Of a stretch of DNA of 26,335 bases, positions 8,304 through 15,216 are shown piece by piece. The notes under the pieces are model-generated. The model was not told the DNA's origin and did not search any database. It saw nothing but the letters and a program-made list of their open reading frames with translations. The stretch covers positions 1 to 26,335 of the IMG/VR virus record IMGVR_UViG_3300046786_000151. The stretch is one strand, 5' to 3'. Each line of letters begins with the position of its first letter. Within the stretch, counting starts at the first letter, position 1. The DNA comes from a virus (lineage: Duplodnaviria > Caudoviricetes). The position numbers were made by a program, and so were the translations under genes.

Positions 8304-8893
8304 ACCGCTTCTTCCTTCCTTTTCCTTGCCAGCCTGCGTCGATGCAGGGTTTCTGTTTGAATCCTTTGCAATTCTTTCTTGTGTGCTTCATCCTGCTCGA
8401 TGACAATCTGGTGCCACATCTTTTCGTATTTACCCCACAGGTCGCCAAGTTCCGGCGGAGCTTTATAGACCATGGTCTCGCGCAGCTCCGCCAGCATCGC
8501 ATCCAGTCTTGACCTGATGATGACGCGGTTCAGTGCGCGTTTGCCAATTGACTCTGTGCCTGTATAGACTTGCTTTGCTTCAGCTTCTTGCTGGATAAAT
8601 GCTTTACCAATCGCATCATACGCATCCATCAATGCGCCGAGATCATTGCCGATGTTCAAGAACACATCGTTCGGATCAGCTTTGCCAATCTCTTGTACTC
8701 GCGCTACTTCTTCGTTGTACTGAATCTTCTGGGCGTTGCTCGGATTCGGTATTTTCTGAAACTGTTCCTTCAGGTCTTTCAGTACATCATTGACCTCACC
8801 CGCTGCGCCCTTGATGTCCTTGTATAGCTGGCATCCTTTCTTGACTGCGGCAACCGCTGCATTTGCAGCGGCTAGTAGAGTTAGCGGGTCCAC
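8183..8893 (-). CDS. Helical protein with C-terminal TM anchor (236 aa)
   Basis: GTG start, MDPLTLLAAANAAVAAVKKG N-terminus, coiled coil, basic patch, then TM segment AVWVGAILFVVTWYVGVLLLL. Confidence 0.7.
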   Translation of the reverse strand: MDPLTLLAAANAAVAAVKKGCQLYKDIKGAAGEVNDVLKDLKEQFQKIPNPSNAQKIQYNEEVARVQEIGKADPNDVFLNIGNDLGALMDAYDAIGKAFIQQEAEAKQVYTGTESIGKRALNRVIIRSRLDAMLAELRETMVYKAPPELGDLWGKYEKMWHQIVIEQDEAHKKELQRIQTETLHRRRLARKRKEEAVWVGAILFVVTWYVGVLLLLRTSQTYRGHYLSPWWSCVLC

Positions 8894-8896
8894 ATA

Positions 8897-9175
8897 TCAA
8901 TGCAAGTGCAATTGCTGTTTAAGACTAACTATCTCTTGGTGCAAAGAATCGTTTCTCTCTTCGCATTTACGGTTTTGCTCTTCAACCGCAGCTAGTCGAT
9001 CAGACAAGCGTGAGACCTCTTCACGCAGGGTAGCGATGACTTGTTGCCACGCGGCGTCAGTCACGTCAGCCGCTTTGTTGTTGCGGCTATCGGCCATAAT
9101 TTTCTGGTACATACCGTATGCACCAGCGCCAGCAGCAGCAATACCGACACCAAGGTTAGTCAACCAATCAGGCAT
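8897..9175 (-). CDS. N-terminal TM plus coiled-coil protein (holin/antiholin-like candidate, 92 aa)
   Basis: GGAG SD, Gly/Ala hydrophobic N-terminus, clear heptad C-terminus. First gene of the lysis cassette. Confidence 0.65.
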   Translation of the reverse strand: MPDWLTNLGVGIAAAGAGAYGMYQKIMADSRNNKAADVTDAAWQQVIATLREEVSRLSDRLAAVEEQNRKCEERNDSLHQEIVSLKQQLHLH

Positions 9176-9187
9176 TATCTATCTCCA

Positions 9188-9799
9188 CTACGGTTTAATA
9201 TTCATGAACTGCGTTATTGTGTATCTTCCGTCGCCGCCAAAAGGCGTGTACGGCGTATTCATTTGCACAGGAGTAACAGAATGTTCCAGATTTCCGGGGA
9301 ACAGTATGAGCATATTGTTTCGTTTCTCTATCACTAAATCGTATTCATGCAATACAAAATCTCCGCCAGAAAAACTAGCCGGGTCTTTCATAAAAATAGT
9401 AACCGCAGTAAATACGGAAACGTCCCTGTGTTTTTTGTACTCTCCGCCGCTTTCGTAATAATTCAATAAAGTATAATCAGAATTAATCCCGTTTAAAATA
9501 CAGTACAACGGGTTTATGTTTTTTGCAGTATCTGTAATTTCTTTAGAAAAAACTTTTCTGTTGCATTTCAATATGTCAGAAAAATCCCTGTCTGCATAAA
9601 CGCGATCAATCCACACTCCGGTAGCCGTTTTTAAATACTCTTCACCTTCTTGTGCCGTTCCGGTTTCTTTTGGCGGTTTAAGCTTATTACTGTCAGTCAG
9701 AAAATTAAATTCTTTCCACAACAAAGCAAGCTCTTCTTGGGTGTAAAAATCATCCCAGATAAGCACTGGCACATGGGCAGGCAATGGCAGCAGTCTCAT
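9188..9799 (-). CDS. Fe(II)/2-oxoglutarate dioxygenase, prolyl-4-hydroxylase-like
   Basis: YKKHRD (HxD), FSGGDF, FPGNLEHSVTPV (distal His), GRYTITQF (2OG-binding Arg). ATG at 9799 directly follows the upstream TAG. Confidence 0.88.
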   Translation of the reverse strand: MRLLPLPAHVPVLIWDDFYTQEELALLWKEFNFLTDSNKLKPPKETGTAQEGEEYLKTATGVWIDRVYADRDFSDILKCNRKVFSKEITDTAKNINPLYCILNGINSDYTLLNYYESGGEYKKHRDVSVFTAVTIFMKDPASFSGGDFVLHEYDLVIEKRNNMLILFPGNLEHSVTPVQMNTPYTPFGGDGRYTITQFMNIKP

Positions 9800-9800
9800 A

Positions 9801-10394
9801 CTATTTAAACGCAGGACCGCCAACCCACAACACCAAGGAACGACGCACGCCTTTTGTAACAGGCGTCACTCTGTGCAAAGTATAGGACGGAAAAAACCAC
9901 GCCCTGCCTTTTACTGTTTCCAAAGTTTGTACGATATCGGAATTAGTTTTTACTTGAAACTCTCCGCCTTCAAATTCAGACGGATCAGAAAGCAGCATAG
10001 CAAAAGAAAGTTTTCGTGGAACACCTTTGTCCGTTGGGGCAGCATCTGTGTGCCAGTCGTAATGGCCTTGTTGAGATTCAGTGTACAAGCCGAGTTGCAT
10101 AGGCTCATGAAACCCAGTCAAGTCAAAATGAAAAAACCGACTATTAACTTCGGCAACCGTGTTAGCAAGCTTTTCCCATAAATGTTGCAATTCCGGTTTT
10201 GCTCCAATCCAAGCAACTTGACTTGCACGAACACGTTCGTTTACTTCACCGGAACCACCGACACATCCGTTTTGAAGATGCAGCCATTCAGGTTGTGCAA
10301 GAAGTAAATTAATATCTTCGGAAGTAAAAAATCCTTCCCAGTAAGCCGTGTTATCTTTGCCGGGTATAGACCGTTGTGGTATTGGATAAATCAC
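9801..10394 (-). CDS. Fe(II)/2OG dioxygenase, PKHD-type hydroxylase-like
   Basis: YDWHTD, RKLS, FEGGEF, FFPSYTLHRVTPVTKGVRRSLVLW. Confidence 0.92.
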   Translation of the reverse strand: MIYPIPQRSIPGKDNTAYWEGFFTSEDINLLLAQPEWLHLQNGCVGGSGEVNERVRASQVAWIGAKPELQHLWEKLANTVAEVNSRFFHFDLTGFHEPMQLGLYTESQQGHYDWHTDAAPTDKGVPRKLSFAMLLSDPSEFEGGEFQVKTNSDIVQTLETVKGRAWFFPSYTLHRVTPVTKGVRRSLVLWVGGPAFK

Positions 10395-10981
10395 TTAGAC
10401 TCCATTACGTAAGCTCTATTTTTTCTATAAGAATACATGTCACGCGTAGTGTTATCGCCTACTTCCCCAGCGCACTGTCCATTCTTATAAACAAAATGAA
10501 GAAAGACTTGACCCGAGTAATAATCGTCAGGACCATCGCATTTGTTTCGCCAATGTTCTACATCACATCCCGGATAGATTACGCCGTCCCCTTCAGCTAA
10601 ATCAAATCGTTGGCCGCCCATATAAATAGGCCAAGCATAGTGGTGCGATCGGCCAAGTTGAATTGTAACGCTGACTTCACAAGCTGGCCGATCTTTATGA
10701 CGTTCTAATACATCACCGTTACTATAAAGCCGGGCATAAGCATAAGTTGGAATCAGTTCTTTGCCAACAGCTCGTTCAATAGCCGGCCACAAACTTTCGT
10801 GCAACGTCTCAAACATATACTCATGATCAAGAATAGCTTTTGCGTTAGGTATTTGGCTATCACCTTTCGGGTTTAAATCCGCCTGCCGCATAAGCACATG
10901 CGTAAAGAATTTACAAAACTCAATAGAAACAAGGTTCTTAACATACAACGCCGTCTGCGTTTTTAGCGTGTTGCTCAACAT
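10391..10981 (-). CDS. Fe(II)/2OG dioxygenase-like protein
   Basis: YARLYSNGDVLERHKDRPACEVSVT (HxD), GDGVIYPGCDVEHWR (distal His), QVFLHFV. Confidence 0.8.
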   Translation of the reverse strand: MLSNTLKTQTALYVKNLVSIEFCKFFTHVLMRQADLNPKGDSQIPNAKAILDHEYMFETLHESLWPAIERAVGKELIPTYAYARLYSNGDVLERHKDRPACEVSVTIQLGRSHHYAWPIYMGGQRFDLAEGDGVIYPGCDVEHWRNKCDGPDDYYSGQVFLHFVYKNGQCAGEVGDNTTRDMYSYRKNRAYVMESK

Positions 10982-11489
10982 AAGCTAACACCTCCCCAAA
11001 CGTTAATTGCGAGAACGAAAAAGTTAGCATCTTTCTCGCTTTATTTTTTATCAACAGCACTCCGTGGGGCACTGAAGTATCTAGTAACCAACAATCTCCC
11101 GGTTGCGCAACAAACTGTTCTACAACCGTACTAATTTTTGTTTTTGCATCCCAGCTATAGAACTGCGTGATTTCTCCTGAAGCTTCCAGATATACGTTTA
11201 ATCCACATAGTCGGCGATAGTCCACATGTGGCGGGATCACTGGCGCGTCTCCTTCCACCGCCGGTGCTTCCAATATAAACACATCAGGCACTTCTTGATC
11301 TAACAAACACTGAGGGAGGTACTGTAAGTACTGTTGTGCGTCTGTAAAATGTAAAGACCGAAAAGCAACTTTATGCCCAGTAGTTTTACGTGCGTATCTT
11401 TGGAGCTTTGTGTATTCCTTTACCTCGTCAACTTTGTCCGGCGCGAATAGCGGAGGCATTCTTATCGGAAGTTTGGCGTGGTACTTCAT
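10938..11489 (-). CDS. DSBH-fold Fe(II)/2OG oxygenase-like protein
   Basis: IPPHVD (HxD), CWLLDTSVPHGV (distal His), ARKMLTFSF (Arg). TGATG coupling at 11489. Confidence 0.72.
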   Translation of the reverse strand: MKYHAKLPIRMPPLFAPDKVDEVKEYTKLQRYARKTTGHKVAFRSLHFTDAQQYLQYLPQCLLDQEVPDVFILEAPAVEGDAPVIPPHVDYRRLCGLNVYLEASGEITQFYSWDAKTKISTVVEQFVAQPGDCWLLDTSVPHGVLLIKNKARKMLTFSFSQLTFGEVLAYVEQHAKNADGVVC

Positions 11490-12076
11490 CACTCCACCAT
11501 ACCAGCTTTGGCTAATTCATCCGCAATGAACACATACGGCTTATTAAAGTAAGCCTGTATGGCGTAGCGAGTAACACCTTCATCCGGCATAAAGTGTTGA
11601 TCTGACGGGAATGATTCATAGTCCCGACTAACAGAGTGCGGATGTTTTACATTTAGCAGCCATGCCTCCCCTGACTGCGCAATAAAAGATTCACTGGGGG
11701 CTAGGTTTTCATGGCTTATTGTGAAATAGTTATTTCCGTTATCAAAGGATTCGTTGTCATCAATTTTTATTTCGCCATCCCAGAAAGTGGTTTTCTCACC
11801 GTTGGCCTGCTGATAAAGATTAATAACCGCTTCATCAAGCGTATGGACATGCGCACGCAGCAGATGAATCTCAGAATAGCTAATAGTAATTAATGCGGCT
11901 TGCACTGACTCTGGGAGTGCTTGTTTAATCTGTTCAACATATTTATTCGGCATGTACTTTCTAACCAGCCGCCCATCCGGAAAATCAGTTGTTAACGCAT
12001 GTCTGGCAAGCACCTTCCCCGGTCTATTTAAGCTGGCAACATCCAAATTTAACTTGAGCTTTTTCGCATTAATCAT
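11489..12076 (-). CDS. DSBH-fold oxygenase-like protein with HxH...H triad
   Basis: LRAHVH, AWLLNVKHPHSV, TRYAIQAYF. Visibly similar to 10938-11489. ATGA coupling at 12073-12076. Confidence 0.65.
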   Translation of the reverse strand: MINAKKLKLNLDVASLNRPGKVLARHALTTDFPDGRLVRKYMPNKYVEQIKQALPESVQAALITISYSEIHLLRAHVHTLDEAVINLYQQANGEKTTFWDGEIKIDDNESFDNGNNYFTISHENLAPSESFIAQSGEAWLLNVKHPHSVSRDYESFPSDQHFMPDEGVTRYAIQAYFNKPYVFIADELAKAGMVE

Positions 12077-12549
12077 GGAAAAATTAATCCATAACAATCA
12101 GTAACAGCGGTCACCAATGTATTGCCTGAGCTAATACTTATTTGTGTTGGCTTATCAATGTTGTTGCCGTTAACCGTCAACGTTCCGCTGCACAGGAACA
12201 ATTTAGTGCCTACAGAAAGAATTGTTTCTGACCCACCGGGAAGAATCCACGGCGCTATATTGAGTGATTGACCGTCATTTAATCTTGAGTCATAACAAAA
12301 TACGTCCGACTTTTCAATAGCAGTATGCTCAAATATACCCGGCACTAAATCCCCCGGACGCAGAAACGTGCCTCTTGGAAAATCCATGAAGTCTGCATTT
12401 GCAGAGACGTGTTTGTTTTTGTAATGTCCTTTAGCCCAAAATATTGTGCATGGCGTATTCTCTTCAACAACAGCGGTATATACCTCACCCTCATCACATG
12501 AGTTGCAGATCAGCACATGCCCGAAAGCGGCAAAAGGTTTTTGAATCAT
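12073..12549 (-). CDS. Hypothetical beta-rich protein (158 aa), possibly a degenerate cupin
   Basis: Tightly packed ORF. LFLCSGTLTVNG and alternating beta patterns, with no intact metal triad seen. Confidence 0.55.
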   Translation of the reverse strand: MIQKPFAAFGHVLICNSCDEGEVYTAVVEENTPCTIFWAKGHYKNKHVSANADFMDFPRGTFLRPGDLVPGIFEHTAIEKSDVFCYDSRLNDGQSLNIAPWILPGGSETILSVGTKLFLCSGTLTVNGNNIDKPTQISISSGNTLVTAVTDCYGLIFP

Positions 12550-12551
12550 GG

Positions 12552-12893
12552 TTACACCACAAATACATTAGGTGCGGCAGATGAGGAAGTCAAGGCGCTT
12601 ACAGGATACGAATTCTCTTGACCTACCATATCTTTATACGCTTGAACTTTTGCAGGATCAGCAATAAATTTTTCTTCGCGCTCTTGTTGTTCAGCGTGAT
12701 AAATGCCGGCAACAGCTATACGTTTTTTAATTTCAACAGGGTCCGTTACATCTGGCCACATATTCATAGGTTGGTAAGCATAAGACGGATAGTCGTCAGG
12801 ATTTTGAGACAGGGTTGTGTCTGATGCAAAAGACACAATCAACGAATATGACGCTTCTTCAAATGCGTGAATTTTCATGTATAGCGTGTTCAT
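12552..12893 (-). CDS. Hypothetical acidic protein (113 aa), possible tail-fibre/adhesin assembly factor
   Basis: AGGAG SD before ATG at 12893. Directly follows the adhesin gene. Function inferred from position only. Confidence 0.55.
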   Translation of the reverse strand: MNTLYMKIHAFEEASYSLIVSFASDTTLSQNPDDYPSYAYQPMNMWPDVTDPVEIKKRIAVAGIYHAEQQEREEKFIADPAKVQAYKDMVGQENSYPVSALTSSSAAPNVFVV

Positions 12894-12904
12894 ACTAACT
12901 CCTA

Positions 12905-13663
12905 TTAAGCTACCCCGCCTTGGCGGGTGCCAGTAGCAGGCCAAGTGACAAATGGATTCCCCACGATATAGTTACCAGCACCGCCAGCACTTCCGCCCGA
13001 ACGCGCACCATTTGGAGCGCCGGCAGTTCCTGCTGCGCCACGACCCCCGCCGTTGCCGCCTGAACCCCCTGCCCCGCCTGTTGCACCAGCACCGCCAGCA
13101 GGCGACGTACCCGGAGACCCGGCAAATCCGGCTTGCACACCGGGAACAATTGACCCGGCAGCACCACCGGCACCGCCGTTAGTGCCTGCACCGCCGCCAC
13201 CGCCGTTACCGGCTGCCGGTTGTTGACCCTTTGCGCCTACGAAGTGTCCGCCACCGCCGCCGCCACCGCCGCCGCCAGCGATAGTGCCGTTGTTAGTAAT
13301 TGTGGTAGGGCGGTTTACATAGATGGCGTTTCCGCCAACACTGCCCGGAGAACCGTTGCCAGCCGGATAGTTACCGCCACGCCCACCATCACCTCCCATC
13401 GCTTGGATAAGTCCGTTGTTGATAACGGTAACAGTATCAAGAGGGCTAAAAGAAGAAGGCACCAGCAGGGCATACGTCGGTGCTGATGTACTACCTACAG
13501 TAACGCCGGGGTTTACGGTAACTGTAATATCGGAATTCCCGGCAACATACGTCAGACCTCGGTTTGTATACACATCATAGTTGTTGGTGCTTGCACTAAT
13601 CGTTAAAGGGATAGAAACGCGACCGGCTGTACCGCCAAGCAAAAAATGATGGATACCACTCAT
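12905..13663 (-). CDS. Receptor-binding adhesin, T2/S16 gp38-like polyglycine protein (252 aa)
   Basis: GGNAI...ITNNGTIAGGGGGGGGG, several Gly-rich strands, and C-terminal GGAGNYIVGNPFVTWPATGTRQG match the gp38 pattern (NNGAIAGGGGGG ... GNAPNWQNVGTIYG, recalled from T2). ATGA overlap with the fibre gene. Confidence 0.8.
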   Translation of the reverse strand: MSGIHHFLLGGTAGRVSIPLTISASTNNYDVYTNRGLTYVAGNSDITVTVNPGVTVGSTSAPTYALLVPSSFSPLDTVTVINNGLIQAMGGDGGRGGNYPAGNGSPGSVGGNAIYVNRPTTITNNGTIAGGGGGGGGGGHFVGAKGQQPAAGNGGGGGAGTNGGAGGAAGSIVPGVQAGFAGSPGTSPAGGAGATGGAGGSGGNGGGRGAAGTAGAPNGARSGGSAGGAGNYIVGNPFVTWPATGTRQGGVA

Positions 13664-15216
13664 GACACGTTCCCCGTAATAACGCAAACAGTTCCGGATA
13701 TAAAGAAGATGGTTGCAACGCCTCTTGTCGCTAAAGTTACCGTTGCTTTGTCTGCATCAGTTCCTGATATGTAAGCCGTCGTTATGGTACAAGTAATAGT
13801 TATAGTGCCGGCGGTATTATTGAAAACCGAAACAATATCGCCTTCAGCAAAGGTTGCGTCTGGAATTGTGATTGAACCGGCTGTGCCTACTTGTACATAC
13901 TTACCGACATCGGCAGTAGTTAAAGTATAAGAGCCGGTTTTAGTTCCAACGGCAGGCACGTTTCGGAAACCAACTTTGTATCCGTTGCCGGCTGCGTCCA
14001 TGAAGTTGAAATCGCCGGATGCCGAATACAATGAGATGCCGTTTGTCAGCGTACCGGCAGGTGCTGTGCCGTTAAACAGGTCGAGATGCGCAGAGCCTGC
14101 TGTTGTTCCACGGGCAGCGGTACCCCCTATAAGTACGTTGGCGGAAGAGCTAATCCGCATCGCTTCACTACCGCCTTCTGTAAATGCAATCGTGTCAGCA
14201 GCCGGGAAGAAAATACCTGTGTTGGTATCCCCAGACGTTGTAATAGCCGGGGCAGTTACAGTGCCAGCCTGAACAGTGGTTACACCTGTAGCAGACAGCG
14301 TAGTAAACGCGCCGGTAGTTGGGGTACTTGCACCCACCGTGCCATTGATGTTGATCGATGCGGTCCCGGTCAGGTTGGTCACTGTACCGCTGGAAGGCGT
14401 ACCTAATGCACCACCGTTAACGACGAACGCGCCAGCAGTTCCTACGCTAACGCCCAGAGCGGTTGCAACACCTGTGCCGAAACTTGTAATGCCTGTACCA
14501 CCATTGGCTACTGGCAAGGTTCCGGTCACACCCGTTGTGAGAGGAAGCCCGGTGGCATTGGTTAACGTACCAGAGGACGGCGTACCTAACGCACCACCGT
14601 TAACGACGAACGCGCCAGCAGTTCCTACGTTGACGGCAAGGGCTGTTGCAACACCTGTGCCCAAACCAGAAACACCCGTACTAATAGGCAACCCCGTGGC
14701 ATTGGTAAGCGTGCCAGAGGACGGCGTACCTAACGCACCACCGTTGACAACGAACGCGCCAGCGGACCCGACGTTAACGCCCAGAGCGGTTGCAACACCT
14801 GTGCCGAAACTCGTAATGCCAGTGCCGCCGTTGGCTACTGGCAAAGTCCCGCTTACGTGGGTCGTCAAACCGATCTTGCCCCAGCTTGGCGCTACACCCA
14901 CGCCGCCCGAGATCAGCGCATTGCCTGTGGCCACATCGGCCAGCTTCGACAAAGCCGTGCTTGTGCTGGCATAAAGAAGGTCGCCTACTGCATAAGATGC
15001 AAACCCTGTGCCGCCCGAGGTAGCCGGTAAAGTCGCTACTCTAGTCAGGGCCGTGGCGGTAGAGTTAACAACGATGACCGCATTGGCACTAGCCGTTAAA
15101 GTCGGCATCTTGTCAAAGCCGGCTGCAATAGAATCAAGTTCCGAACGCATGCTGGCTGATGTCGCAGCCGATCCCGTTGTCGGAAAACTACCGTGGTTAT
15201 AAAAATCGTTTGACAT
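13660..15216 (-). CDS. Tail fibre protein (518 aa)
   Basis: N-terminal anchor (SASMRSELDSIAAGFDKM), GTLPVANGGTG shaft repeats, GDTNTGIFFPAADTIAF knob, and a C-terminal SYTLTTADVGK domain. TAATG overlap with the nozzle gene. Confidence 0.88.
   Translation of the reverse strand: MSNDFYNHGSFPTTGSAATSASMRSELDSIAAGFDKMPTLTASANAVIVVNSTATALTRVATLPATSGGTGFASYAVGDLLYASTSTALSKLADVATGNALISGGVGVAPSWGKIGLTTHVSGTLPVANGGTGITSFGTGVATALGVNVGSAGAFVVNGGALGTPSSGTLTNATGLPISTGVSGLGTGVATALAVNVGTAGAFVVNGGALGTPSSGTLTNATGLPLTTGVTGTLPVANGGTGITSFGTGVATALGVSVGTAGAFVVNGGALGTPSSGTVTNLTGTASININGTVGASTPTTGAFTTLSATGVTTVQAGTVTAPAITTSGDTNTGIFFPAADTIAFTEGGSEAMRISSSANVLIGGTAARGTTAGSAHLDLFNGTAPAGTLTNGISLYSASGDFNFMDAAGNGYKVGFRNVPAVGTKTGSYTLTTADVGKYVQVGTAGSITIPDATFAEGDIVSVFNNTAGTITITCTITTAYISGTDADKATVTLATRGVATIFFISGTVCVITGNVS
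14384..14850 (-). repeat. Three imperfect direct repeats in the fibre shaft
   Basis: GTGVATAL(G/A)V(N/S)VG(S/T)AGAFVVNGGALGTPSSGT occurs three times, with plus-strand starts at about 14384, 14567 and 14711 (spacing 183 and 144 nt) and high DNA identity. Confidence 0.92.

Noticed and set aside
9188-12076. Oxygenases as a DNA base-modification (TET/JBP or AlkB) system
   Set aside because: No TET/JBP or AlkB signature was recognised and there are no neighbouring methylase, glycosyltransferase or nucleotide-metabolism genes. The context is structural. Not fully excluded without profile searches.
14384-14850. Possible CRISPR array or DGR template/variable repeat
   Set aside because: The repeats are long, in-frame and coding, with mostly synonymous differences rather than adenine-specific ones. 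No reverse transcriptase or cas gene is in the window.
14276-14974. 232-aa repetitive plus-strand ORF
   Set aside because: Antisense reading of the Gly/Thr-rich fibre repeats.
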